From Ascidiella aspersa (Eukaryota), in contig OZ004608.1 in the NCBI GenBank assembly GCA_963924565.1, positions 27,156,001 through 27,220,000 of the forward strand: a stretch of DNA of 64,000 nt, in the 5' to 3' direction. This document shows, in pieces, positions 23,582-36,597 of the stretch (positions are counted from its first letter, which is position 1; every line of letters starts with the position of its first letter). The notes beneath the pieces were generated by a model. That model did not search any database. It was not told the DNA's origin and saw nothing but the letters and a program-made list of their open reading frames with translations. The position numbers and the translations under genes were made by a program.

Positions 23582-26500
23582 TTAGAAGTTTTGTACATAA
23601 AGTCTCATTGCCACAACCAAAATGTTATTCAGTTTTGCCAACAGGTGGCGCACTATTGAGATGTTCCATTGGTCCCCATCTATCATAGGTCCCGCACTTC
23701 CCCTTGTGTTGTACCGAATCCACTTTACATTTCCATCTCCGAATGTCTTCAGAAGAATGCCCCCGAAGTCTTCGATACTCCGGCTCTGCTTGCCACTGAG
23801 TACCTCAAGGTCAGCACTAGTGGTCAGGCTGTTTTCTTCCAGAACATTCTCGTTATTGGGGTTGCCAGGTCTAATCAGCTGGAAACGAACGCTTGAACGT
23901 GGGATATTGAGGAATTTGTGTGGACCGTGCCATTGAAATTCCACTCTGTCGATTCCCGTAAAGGCTGACTCCAAGGCTGCCTTAGCAGCATCCAACCTGA
24001 AATCCTGCTGAAAGACAAGACCGAAGCAGTCCAAGCTAATATTTTCGATAGTCCCTGAACAGTTGTATCCGAGTATTTCCTGTGTTGGACCACACTCTTT
24101 TGAATTGACGATGATTTTCCAAAAGTTGTTCATGTTTACTTCTTCACAAATCAGCAATTGATTTCCTCCTAAATATTCCGGGGAGTAGTCCCATTTGGCC
24201 GTGTAGTGTGCTGTCCTCACGCTAAAAAAAAAAAAAAAAGCATGTTCAGAATACTAGAAATTGAGTTACATTTACAACAAGGGATGTCTGATCGGAGTTG
24301 ATACCATGCCAATCGGTGGCATCGTTACATGTCCGATACCAAGATGGTATCGGTGCCGATCCGATAACAGAAACTAAAATGGGCTACGATTTGTGATACA
24401 AAAGAGCAATTTGACCTTGAAAGGAAAATTTATCAAAACATGAAAAGTTAACAATTGGTAGTAAATACTCTTCGTGACGCTAAAGCAAATTTCTGCTCGA
24501 AAACTTTCAAAAAAATTCATCTGAACTTTTTAATTTTGTCAAGTTTGCTAGTTTGAGCAGTTATGACGTTATTTGGCATCGAATCGGGTCGCTATTTTAT
24601 CCCCACAATACCGGGTATCGGTTTTAAAATAAAATTTCAAGTTACGGACATCCCTACTTACAATCGTGTTTCTATAGTCTTAATAATCCTGTGCATTTAT
24701 AAAAAATAGTTCTTTTATTAGTCAAACTACAATACTATATCTTATATTAAAACAGTTCAAATTGAACTTCGGGTCCGCCGCCTTTCCTGATATGTATTTC
24801 GTGTTTTACAGGCATTATGAATAATGTCTGTAAAACACGAAATACATATCTGTTCAAACCAAAAATGATGCGCAGTTTTAAAAATATATTTCCACAGACT
24901 TACTTCGGAGTGTTTCTAACATCGCTTCGACGTTCGGGTTGATCTAAAAAGAACACATTTTAGCATTTGTTTATTTTGGCTTAACCATCAAAAGGTCCGC
25001 ATCAGACTATTGGGGTTAGAGTTACATTGCAAAAATTACTTTGAATTAAAAAAACTTTGGTTTTATGCAAGAAAAAATCCACGTTGATATGATCACTATA
25101 CATATAAGGCTGCTAAACAACCAACATAGTACAACCGTTATTTGCTGAAGTTGCCCCTTGTGTTGAAGATGCTGCTTGCTCGATCGGGCGTTCGACTGTA
25201 CGCAAGGAAACTAGTTTAAATGTTGTTGCTCTTAGTTGGCTCTTTTACAAAATCTTCTGTAATGTTTGGAACACTTTTTTTAGGTAATTTTCAATGGAAA
25301 TATCGAAGCCATAATTTTCGATAAAGTCGCCATTTTGCAATTTACATACGTTTCAGCAATAACTCATGCCATATTCAGTGTAAAAAGTGAAAAAAGGTGC
25401 CGAGGGTGTATCGATGTTAAGTTCTCACCTTTATATCTTTTTACTACCTAGCGGTAAACACTGACCCATACATCGCCTTTTTTGCCGCTATTTTTTATTT
25501 TTTTTATGTTCTATCGCTTTTATCTTTATTTGATTTTTACACTGATGATGGCATGACTTATTTCTGAAACGTCTTTAAATTGCGAAATGTCAGTTTTATC
25601 AAATATTATGGTTTTGTAATGTTACTCTTAAAACTTAATATATACACTAATTAGTTAATAAAATTTAACTAGTATTACCTCTTACGGTTTCGGTCACATC
25701 TCCAAAGGGGAAAGCTAGTATGCCCGGTTGCGTAGAGTTGGGATCGTGGTGAAAAGGCACTGTATCTATTTATTGGTAGTAAACGTATTAACTAATAATT
25801 CACCATATTTGTTTATGTAGCCTAACAAAGGTATAAATCAGTGGTTCCCAACCTAGGTGCCGTTCAAATGGCCAAGTATTTTACAGCCATTTTTTCTAAC
25901 GGTAAGACGCTTGGTCATTTATTGTGTACGTTTAAATTACATGTGTAACTATTTTCTATATTTTTACATATCGTTGTTTACAGATCAGATTATGCGGTGT
26001 TAACAATCTCTTTATTTATAATAACAATCGACAAACTATATCGAAAAGGCTGGTAAAGCGGTAATTTATCAATCTATTGTGCTGTGGGCCATATAGCTTG
26101 CCAACCACTGGTGAATATACTCGCCCTCTGTTGTCAAACTTTTTTGTTACGTTGTTTTATTGCGCCATATATTTTAATTTGCCGAATTCTTTAAGGAATA
26201 AAGCAATAAAATATACAAAAATTGCTTTTCAAACAACAAACCTGCCGGTTGTGGTGGATGTGATGATTGAGTTGGTAGATTACCTTTAAATTTTAAAGTT
26301 TATAAAATTTTAATTATCTTCAGAAAAAAAGTATTTTTGCAAACCTAAAATAAGTATTTCGAGGCAATTGTGAAATTAAAAACTAAATGCAAATTTAACA
26401 ATAACTATAATGCACTCCACATGACACGAATACACTAATCAAAATATACTTTGTCAGCCTTACCTCTTGGTGGTTCGTCAATCGAAGGCACGAAATTAGA

Positions 26501-29463
26501 AGATGGCACGAAATTAGATGATGGCTGTCGCGAGCTTTCTTCAAGTATTTCTACATATTTTTTTCACCCATGTTTGTTTGTACATTAAAATCGGCCCAAA
26601 CTAACTTATTATCGTCAAAAATATTTCAACATGTTGTTAATAAGTTATCACTTACCTAAATGTGGAATGCCTTCCGCAGTGATATAGGGAGAGCTGAATT
26701 GTGTTAGGTCGGTTATTGTAGATTCTCTTTGGCCCGATTTATCGTTGTAAGCGTTAAGTTTTCTTTTGATTGTTTCTAGTTCCTGATCCAAGGCGCTGGC
26801 ATCAACCAGGTTACTTAAGGTTTGCAATTTTTTTTGGACTTGAAAATAAACAAATAGATTTTATTTAAGTGCAACTTATGATACCGCCATGACTTTACTT
26901 TACAGTTTTTCCTAAAAACGTTATTATTTCCTGCAACAAATAACGATTTGAACTTGAAAAGTTAAAACTCGTACGTCGATCCACAATAACAATAAGAGTA
27001 TGGTTTTAATTCAATTAATAGACTACATTTTTAGAATGAGCATAGTTTTAAATAGAAGTACTTTATCAAAAATAGTTGGAATACTTTTTTTAATTGTAGT
27101 GAAGTAAAATGTTATAACTTATAATACATTTGGTTATGAAAGTTTATAGGGGGACTTTATGCTTTAATAAGCTCAAGTCCGCCTATCGTTTTGCTGGCGT
27201 TCGTACAATGTCACGTCGCCTAATATAGGTTGTTCAGTATCTTAGCATTTATGACGCATCCGATCTTAGATTACAAAAGAATAAATTCGTTACAGCTCAT
27301 TCGACATAATAAGTGCAATTAAATCCTTACACTCAACTTATTCTAAGTATGCTTTGTGTTTTACTCAACTTCTAATAAAAACCTTTACAGATAAGGTATA
27401 CATGCAAACGAAAGCATAAAATAAACGGTTTACAAATTCTATTAAAACAATTTATCGCTACAACTGTTAAATTTTTATTGAAGTTAAACGTAAAAAAAGT
27501 TTTTTTTGTCTGTTAACTATACTTTGGTCGGTTGTTTATTTCCTAAAGATACATATAAGTAAATTATAATAATTACCCGCGTCACTATTTGGTCGTTTTT
27601 CACGAACTTCGTTTGAGCATGCAAACATGATGTCTTTAAGCTCAGCAAAAATATTTTTGTCTGCATCACATAACAGCAAATCTTTTACTTTGGTCAATAT
27701 TGAATAATCGGGTCGTATTATGCCACTGATTATTTGAATTGCCAAAAAAATCTTGTTTGGATGTCTCATCTCGTATGGTTCATGCCAAGTAATGATCGCA
27801 TAAAGCACATTTGAGAAACTAAAAAGAAAAATGTATCCTTTTTCTAATGTTTTAATTTGGACTATGTATAACATTTAGTTTTACCTGTACATATCTGCCA
27901 TCCATGTAGCTTTCTTGGCTGTATCTTTGCTGGAAAGATATTCTGGCGCAACGTATTCTAAAGTGAACTGCGTGATTTCAGCCGTGTCAATGGACGTGCT
28001 GGGTGCATCGATGGCTTTCAAAATGTTACAACCTCCGAAATCTGCCAACTTAACATTTAAATTACTGTCCAGCAATATGTTATCAGGCTTAACATCTCCA
28101 TGACAGTAGATGGTTTGTCCAACCGCAAAATTGTGAAGAAAGGAAAGGGCAGAATCAAGTTGAGTTGCGACCTGTAATCGTAGCCCCCAACTAATCTCAT
28201 CTGCTTCAAATTTTTCAATAAGGCTTTTCAAAGAACCAAATTCCACATACTCCAGTATAATGGCGACGTTGTGTTTCCAAAAGCAGGTCCCAAAGATCTC
28301 AACGATATTGGGATGTTTGCATCGCACGAGAACGTTTGCTTCCCGTTGAAGGCTGCAAAAGAACAACCACATTTTATTTTGTAATCTATGCTTTATTCAG
28401 GTGAACATAATACGTCGTAGCTAAGCAACAAAAAGCGCAGATTACCATATATTAAATTTGTATTTTTACATGTTTTATTAAAAAATTACCTAAGGTCAGC
28501 TCTGATCCAGAAGGGGGGGGGGGGGGGGGGGGGGGGACACGGCCATGGAACCCCTTTAAACCGTCTTTTGTTTTACTCATTTGGACTACGTAACCTACGT
28601 AAATGTAACCGTCTTTTTTTTACTTATTTGGACTACGTAACCTACGTAAATTTTACCGTCTTTTTTTTACTCATTTGCACTACGTAACCTACGCAACCTA
28701 CGCAAATGTAAAGAAAAATCGCGCTTTGAATTTAAATTATGTTTTTGTTAGTCTTGCGAATATTTTCCGTCATTTCAATACAAAAATATCATATTGTTTT
28801 GACGTAACTTGCGATGTCACGTTTTGAAGTCATTTCTGAATTCGTTTTATGGCCATTTAAACAAAAATCGTAGATCCGCCTCTGGTCATGGGAATCTGAA
28901 ACATGAGGTTATACCTTTAATGTACTGACCTTTTTTGTTTTTTCTCTAGGATGTCTGGTGTGCCAGTCACAAAATAGCATTTTGCAACGACTTCACCCTT
29001 CTCTGGATGTGTGCATCGTCGCACACTACCGTTACTACCGCACCCCAGGTAATCGCTCTCATCGTTTCGTGTCTTTAATGAGTTTGCTTCGAGAACTTCC
29101 AATTTGGAAGAGAAATGGCCCTTGGCAAATTAATGTTTTTATAACTCTAAACACAATGTATTTTCTACCTGTTACAAAATTTGGCATGGTTTTATGAAGC
29201 CTTTAGGCAGAAAATCACATGTTAATAAAATTTAATTAAAATTTATAAAATTATTTAATAATGACTTTAACGCAAACACACAATACAGTTATAGACCAAT
29301 CAAAACGGCTGACAAAAGTGTTAACTTGAGTTTCTTTGTCTTGATTTTGTTCAGCCAAAAGTAAAGTGTTTGGAAGCAGTTACAAGTATGAGTTTAGCTC
29401 TAGCCAATATTATAAATTTATTTTTCGCTTATAGTTATAGGTATTTACCTTATGACCTTCCAT
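23582..29463 (-). CDS. RIPK/TKL-like Ser/Thr kinase with S/P/T-rich linker and unrecognised ~213-aa C-terminal domain
   Basis: MEGHK (29463-29449) splices in frame to the exon at 29120-~28930 (LGCGSNGSV, VVAK). Exon ~28351-27885 has HPNIV, HGDVKPDNILLD, LADFG, TLEYVAPE and DMY. Exon ~27818-27577 has W..PY...IRPD...C....RP. Short linker exons at 26840-24904 follow, then a phase-2 junction into the last exon 24221-23582. Confidence 0.85.
24280..24655. mobile_element. MITE with CCGATACC/GGTATCGG subterminal repeats
   Basis: TIRs AGGGATGTC...GACATCCCT; a related fragment is at ~31545-31647. Confidence 0.7.
24789..24850. repeat. 30-bp inverted repeat with 2-nt loop
   Basis: 24789-24818 pairs with 24821-24850, with one G-U type mismatch. 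Confidence 0.9.
25308..25612. repeat. Spaced inverted repeat (~79-bp arms, ~80% identical) carrying type I minimal hammerhead motifs; probable Penelope-like element remnant
   Basis: Arms are 25308-25386 and 25534-25612. CTGATGA is at 25542-25548 and GAAACGTC at 25566-25573. Confidence 0.7.
28497..28884. repeat. Intronic repeat with G24 run and three ~48-bp tandem units
   Basis: G run at 28513-28536. Units ACCGTCTTTT..TTACTCATTTGGACTACGTAACCTACGTAAAT lie at ~28560-28710. The end GATCCGCCTCTG resembles CAG.GGCGGATC-type MITE termini seen elsewhere (e.g. ~48585-48597). Confidence 0.65.
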
Positions 29464-30126
29464 GAACAATAACAATTTCCAAGAAAAGTGGAACGGTGTT
29501 TTATCACGTCACAACTTGTCTTGGACAACATCAAGTGTAATCGGAGGCAATGTCTTATTATTTGAAAAAGTTGTTTTTTATAAAGTTATTACTGTTTGGT
29601 TTACCTGAAAATTAGATGAAAAAAATAATGAAAAAAATAAATTTGCTTTATGCTAACTGTTTAACAGAACAGAAACTATAGGAGCCGATCAGCAATGCAA
29701 TCGCTACGAAGTTTATGGTAAGGTGCATCACAAATCCAACTAAAGAATACACTTACGCCTAACGTGGGTCCGATATGGTCAAATAAATTCTTATGGGTCG
29801 TGAGCTGCACTGCAATATTTAACTTTTTTGAATTCATTTTAATTGTTCCATGCGACGCTCGGTGCTTAATTTCATTTATGCTGTCTTATGCTTTACAATT
29901 ACACATGCGTCATGCGTAGTTAAGTAGCTGTAGAATATGAATACTGGGACAATTTGCTTTTTTTTTTTTTTTTAAGTTTTTGAACAACTACATTTTATAG
30001 TGTCTCGATGTTTTGGTCCCATTTATTCATACTGGCTACTTTTTACGCCCAATTGAGGCTATGCCGCTGTGTAATGTCTAAAAAATCCACGGGTCACTTG
30101 CATATCTCGTCGTCTACATGTTAGTG

Positions 30127-30570
30127 CAGTGGTCGGCAAACTTTTTGTTGCGGCCCAAAGTAGTCTTTTCAGAGCTACTTGAAGGCGCACTACGTAAAGC
30201 CACTACGAAAACAGTGGCAGATTCAGGGGGATATTTGGTTTTAAGGTGAAATATTCTACGGTGCTTAATGACCAAAACACTGCCATGCTATATAAAACAT
30301 TATATGAAAGAAATATACGCGCGAAGCGGGAAAAATTTGCGTTTACATAAAGTTAAAGTTGGCAAAAAATATAGTTTTACAGGCTCACAAGACCACATTT
30401 TGCACATGCTTGGTCTTTCCAATCTGAGCCAATTTAAAACATTATATGCCACACCAATTGTTAAAATAAAGTGCAATGAATGTATGGCTATCATGCGGCC
30501 AACAACTACGGTACATGATAAGACCAAGCTATTCAAAAATAACTCGTGGTTCACAGTTGGCCTACCACTG
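30127..30570. mobile_element. hAT-like MITE
   Basis: TIRs CAGTGGTCGGCAAAC / GTTGGCCTACCACTG; perfect TSD TGTTAGTG. Confidence 0.85.
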
Positions 30571-32927
30571 TGTTAGTGACTACCACAAAAAATTGATCTC
30601 ACACGTACGTTGAACCGAACAATGCCACCTTAAAAGCGACAAATTTTCTCAGCTGTGGAAACTTATTTAGATCGAGATGTTCGCGGTAAAAAACTACTTA
30701 GCTGCGCAGAGAGAAATTTGTTTCTTTTTTTTACAACTAACATGAACATTGAAATTGAATATAAAAAAATTACATTTCAAATGAGCGAAAAACATCAAAC
30801 GGACATGTTTAATATGCTTTCTTTACATGGCCACAAGTAGCTATTCTAAAGCATTTCAAGAACAAAAAAATTGCAGCGCTCAGTTCACTTTCACACAAAG
30901 TTGTGCACTTTCCGCAACAGCATCCAAAACACATTTTGTAGTTTTATTTTGTTAGCAGGTCACATTCTATTCTAATTCTAATAACTAAACTAAAAAATTA
31001 CATGCTATATAAGGCGACCTAGACTAAGGAACAGTCGGGAAGTTTTAATATTTTAACAGTTACCTGAATGTTTAGTGGTGCGGGCCAAAAACCAAAGCAC
31101 ACCGCGGGCCACATATTTTGGTTCCGCGGGCCGCAGGTTGCACGCCCCTGTCTTAAACTATAGGACATATAGGTCTTTAAACTATATAAACGGCGCCATT
31201 GGTGCGCCGCTGTTTTGGCCGCGGACTGTTTGTTCCTGTTTGGGGTCAGGTGTGGGGTTAAAAATAGTGCTAGTGTTGAAATTATTAGGGGAGTTAGTGG
31301 TTAAGCTATGTGGTCAGATTTCGGGCTAGGTAAAAGGTTCATTATACCTTACTCTTGGCGTTTAGGTCTTATTTCGATTATTAGGTATTAGTCCTATTTT
31401 TTCCCTTAGGTAATAGTCCTACTTTTTATTTGTTTAATTTTTTACTTTAACTATGTTTTATTTCGAACTTGATGTTATTTTAATTTTGTAGATAAAAGCC
31501 AATAAATCGAGCACGAGCAATGTACAAATTAGGAAACCACAGTAATATCGGATCAGAGGCGATACTGACGTCGTCAGATCAGAATTTTTGCCAAAACTAT
31601 GGGGTGTCGGTATTGGAATAAAATACATATTATAGCAGACATTCCTAGTGCAAATATATGTGCCTAATGCGTCATGTATTCTACATTAAAGTTTAGCCAA
31701 TTTAAATGATATAAACGGCAATTTGTTTAAAAATTAACCCAAGTAGAATAGGAATCACATTTAGTACTTTTATGTTGTCTCACTGATGTCTAAGCAACAG
31801 CTTCAGAATTGCTGTTAGTATTATAGCTAAATTACTACATCGGAGGGAGCGCAAAGCATATGAAAATGACAAAAAATGGTGTAGTAGAAAAACGGTTAAG
31901 AATTACTGACCTTAGGTACTAAAACCTGCTTAAGTCAAGTCAAGTAATTTCACCAAATAACTTAAGTCAATTCATCAAGTTATTTAGAACCAGCATTCAA
32001 TAGTTAAAACACTGATTTACATTTTCACTAAGGTACACTGATAGTCTGATACACTGCATCCACACACTTGTGTGCAAACATTTGCACACGTGACGTGTGT
32101 TTTTCGGATTTGAATGCCTTAAGTTAAACATTATTTTAGGCCTGTACATCAGGCACTTTTACGTTTATATGTCTATATGGACATACTTATGTTCTTTAAG
32201 CGACTATAAAACCCTTTCTGCTTACCAAATCAATTTTATCACACCTTTGGATTGTAATCTATGTTGTTCTTAAATTTAACCCAGAATAAACATACATAAT
32301 ATAAACTGTCATGCACTGTGTACAACTAATGCTGATGCAGTGTGTTAGGCCTAGAAAACCATTTCCAACAAGAAACATGTGTACGTACTGAGTATAGGTT
32401 TTCTTGCAAGACTATAACTTGCTATGTAACTTAAATAAAGTTTGCCCTACGCCTGTTTGCATAAGTCAAATTTAAACTATGTCAAACTAAACAATGCTCA
32501 GCATAGATTAAAAGTTGTCCTGCTAAATATACGTATATAAGACCTGACTTCCGGAAAAGGTACAAATATAGAAGATTCAACTAATTAAAACCAGCTAATG
32601 TTAAATATCTTCTTTTAAATCCCTGTGGTAAATCAGTGGCCACTGCTTTAACTTAAAACATCAAGATGGAAAATTACAAAGAGGAACTTGACTAACCAGT
32701 GGGGCGTTTCGAATGTAACAAAGGTCGAAAGGTAGGATCACAGGTGAAAATTAAACTTTTATTGACTTTTAGGGATGTGAACGTAGTAATTACAACGTCA
32801 AATTGGCCTGCTTTTAAAAAATAATTTCCGTGCTATTATATTACGTTTGTTATACATTACTAAGGCTGAATATTTTTTTTTTGTTTTGGGTTTTTTTTGT
32901 TTTGGGCGGTTTTTGATGCATTTAACT

Positions 32928-33249
32928 CTGGGTTCTTAAACTGGAGTCCATTGGATGGCCTAGGGGTCCGTGAACTAGTTTTGGGGCGAGTCCATGAAGG
33001 CAAGTTGAAATATTAGTGCATATTTAAGAAGTAGGCTAATCAATTTTTTAAAGAAAACAGTTTAATTAAAAATAAAACGTTTCATTCCATTTTACTAAAA
33101 TCACCATCATATTAATCTAAAAGTCTATTTGATTTTGACGTCAATTATGACGTCATTTTTAAAAAAATTCTTGCCTACAGTGGTCCAAGCGTTCGCGTAG
33201 CAAAGAAAAATTTTTAGGGAACTGCGGTAAAAAAGTTCAAGAACCCCTG
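32928..33249. mobile_element. hAT-like MITE (family with 36995-37266 and fragment at ~48017)
   Basis: Ends (C)TGGGTTCTTAAACT / AGTTCAAGAACCCCTG; perfect TSD ATTTAACT. Confidence 0.8.
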
Positions 33250-33275
33250 ATTTAACTACATATACTAGCCTAGGC

Positions 33276-34711
33276 CAGTATTTCTCAAACTTTTACACCC
33301 CAGGGCGCACTTGTAAACTTTTCAAAACGTGGCGGCGCACCTGACGAGCGAGTCGACTGCTAACTTTGTTTGGATACTTTGTTTTTTCCTGGCAGTTTTT
33401 ATTACATAAGGCTCCTGATTTTATTATCTATAAAGCAGCTTGCGGAGTCGGTTAAAAATGACCGACTCCAACTCCTAAGTCCGACTCCAGCCAAATGTGC
33501 GATTTCGTCAATTTCCGAGTCCGTCTGTAACCTTACAGCATTTATTTTACCCAGAATTTACATAACTAAATTAAGGTGGATTTTTCACAATCCCCTCAGG
33601 GGTGTCATATATCTCACTCAACCACAATACATTGCTGGAATTTCGCCTTTTCAATTGGCATTTGGCGGCATTACTCCGACTCCACATGCCTGCTATAAAA
33701 TACGATGTGCTCAATAAGATAAAGAAAAATAAAAAAATAAAATAGGCCTTTCATGATGTAAATTATGAAAACACACGGTATGTTAGTTAGAGTTCGATGG
33801 AAACACAAAATAAGCCCCAAAAGCAACAACATCTAACTCGGAATAAATCCAAAATGTAACGGAATAAGACCTGCATGGACGAAATAACGCCAAAAAATGT
33901 AAAAAACAGAAGGTATGGGACGATTAAAAGACATCTTCTAGGCATCGGCCGTTTTGGTGTCGACGTTTGGGTGCCTTAGTTAAAAAAGCGCCGTTAGGGC
34001 GCCGCTGTTTTGGCACAGGATTGTTTGCCTCTGTTTAACGTTAGGCGCGAGCAATGGGTAGAATTAGAATTTGGGTTATGGTTAAAATTATTAGGGGAGT
34101 TAAGGTTGAAGTTATGGGTGTGGTTTGGGGTAAAGTAAAAGGTTGTTAAGGACATATTCTTGCCATTTAGGCCTTATTTGGACAAATTTAGGTCTTATTT
34201 TGATTTAAACGTTATTACGTGTAGCCTATTAGATATTAGTCCTATTTTGGTCTTACTCCGAACTGTTTTTTATGCCAAAGTTGATGTTGTTTTAATTGCG
34301 GTGTTTGTTTTAATTGCGGTTATGGCGGAAGCCCCGCTAGATATGTTGCAATAGTTCCTCTTTTTCTGTTAGCGAAGAGCCAACATCAACCATTGGGACT
34401 TCAATAAGGGCTACGAATCTAGCCATATTGCTCAGTGTTTATTCACAGAAAATAGTGACTAAAGTTTATTCTAAAATTATTCTCTAATTCTACAAATAAT
34501 TTAATACCAAATATTATCGTTCGCTTTTATTTAACTTTTCACTTCATCTCACTTGGTTTGTTTTGTTGCCTTTCTACTTTTGCGTTTTTCACTTATTACC
34601 ACTAATTGTTTTCCGCCTTTGTTGGGTGGGCAACAATAATACAGAATTTTTGTAACATTTTCTCGCGGCGCACCTGGCCATCTTCCACGGCGCACCGGTT
34701 GAGAAACGCTG
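33276..34711. mobile_element. Composite hAT-like element with nested repeats
   Basis: TIR-like CAGTATTTCTCAAAC / GGTTGAGAAACGCTG with GGCGCACC subterminal motifs. It encloses a GGAGTCGG/CCGACTCC repeat (~33436-33690) and an AATAAGACCTAA-family repeat (~33700-34290). Confidence 0.6.
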
Positions 34712-34827
34712 CTATAGGCAGTTGCGGTAAAACGCCGTGGTTCGCGGTAAAACGCAGCAGTTGATCATAAAATGTTAACAAATAAAAATATTTAGTAGTA
34801 CGTAACTTGTCATTATGTTTTTTGCTG

Positions 34828-35247
34828 CAGGCGTAAATGTTAAACGGCTCCGGCTCCAGAGCTCTCTTTTATCATAGGTTAGCTCCAGCTCCGGAGCTTA
34901 TTGATACCACTGCTCCGGCTCCATTACGACAAAAACTGAGGTTTAAGGATGAACGCTTAATTTGCAATATCTAGCGTTTTAAAATATTCACAAACGAAAC
35001 ACCACAATGGTTAGTTAGAAAAGGTGCGCCAAAGAGGCAACAATTCTTAATTTGGTGAACGGTTGCTGTTAAATTATGAGAATTCAGCTATTAGTGGAAG
35101 GCTAGTCGCATAGCATCTTATTAAATACATCGGAGCCGGAGCTATTTTTTAAACAATTGGCTCCAGCTCCAGCTCCATTTAAATTTCACGTAGAGCTCCG
35201 GCTCCGTTAAAAATGCACGGCTCCGGGGCTCCGGCTCCAAAGCCCTG
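34828..35247. mobile_element. MITE with GGCTCC/GGAGCC subterminal arrays
   Basis: Repeated GGCTCCGGCTCC and GGAGCCGGAGC motifs, bounded by CAGGC...GCCCTG. Confidence 0.65.
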
Positions 35248-36326
35248 GTTGTAACCGAACGAAAATTGGGCGTTCAACGAAAGCTTGCAAAATAACACGG
35301 GGAATCACGGCCATGAACCCTGTGGGAAATTAAGTATAATTGTTTTTCTAATAATATTGGAGTAGAAAAAGTCCTATAAAAAGAACTATAATATACGCAT
35401 ATATAGCCATTTTATTGTATTTAGTCATACTAACATGATTTGCTAAAAACGATTGCATTAAATTACCTTAGTTTAAATTATATATTATTTTGAGAAAAAC
35501 ACAAAGGAAACATATTGCGAAAGCTGGTTCACAACGCAGCGTAAAAAAACAATTGAAACTGTAAAACGGGAAAATCGATTATAATAATACAGAGCTAAAT
35601 TTGCGAAATTACCAACAAACTAACAAAAAATCGCGTACACCAAAGTGGTAGTTTTTCAACATTAAACAAAAAAAACTTAAAAATAAAACTAAGGTCAGCT
35701 TTACAGAAAAATAGTATTTATTATTTGTACACCTTTTGCATAAGCGAAAAAATTACACTGTGCTACAAAGGCATAATTACGTATGCAGCAAAAAATATAT
35801 AAAGAAAATATAAGAAAAAAAAAAACGATTCGATATTAGATATCACGGTAGGCGAATAATTTGTAAACATTTTTGCAAAAATAACACAATTTTTTTGCAT
35901 GAATAATTAAAAAAAATTAAATTATGTTGTTAAAAATTGCGCAGAAAGTAACAGCGTATGACATTCTCGGACTTTTTTGCAATTATTCGCCAAAATAACA
36001 TGTAGTTTGACAACCCGATTTACGTAATAAATTTTCGACAACTTGCGTTAACATGTTTAAACAGGGACTGGTTTGTACGGTTGAAGCAATAAAGCAGTTA
36101 AAAACAAACTAGTGGACGGCCTATAGGAATGGCAAAGATGATGTAAAAACAAACGGACTGAAAATAGGCTCAACACTACTGTATTCAACAACAACAAAAA
36201 AGCTAAAAGAAAAAAAAACTTTCTAACCATAACAAGACAGGAATGCTATAATTTACTATACCGATTAAAATTATTAGCGAAAATCGTCCCTATAATCCCT
36301 CCTTCGCCCTTAAAAAACCCTCAACA

Positions 36327-36597
36327 CTAAATCACGTAAAACCGGATCTCCGTTTTCTTGGCATTGTGCCCGTAACCGCGTTTCGACTGGATGAGGAAAG
36401 CGGCCGGCTTATCCAGTTCCCCTTCGTCCAGAACGCTGTCGTTTCGCGACGAAACCATCGAACTGTTGCTCTGTAACCGGCTTAGGGTGCGGCCATGATG
36501 GCTATCGGCGACGTCGTAGTTGTTGTTATTGCTGTTGTTCGTGAATTTTCCGGATCGCGACTTGACGACCCCGCTGTGCTTGTTCGGGGTGTTTAGC
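36327..36597 (-). CDS. Terminal exon of MANBA model: hydrophilic cytoplasmic tail ending ...EIRFYVI
   Basis: A CTGTCAG acceptor joins in phase 2 with the upstream TM exon. The frame is open for ~90 codons and its composition is GC-rich like the other exons. Confidence 0.7.

Noticed and set aside
28513-28536. G24 run as a functional G-quadruplex
   Set aside because: It lies in a repeat element end, and homopolymer length is unreliable in assemblies.
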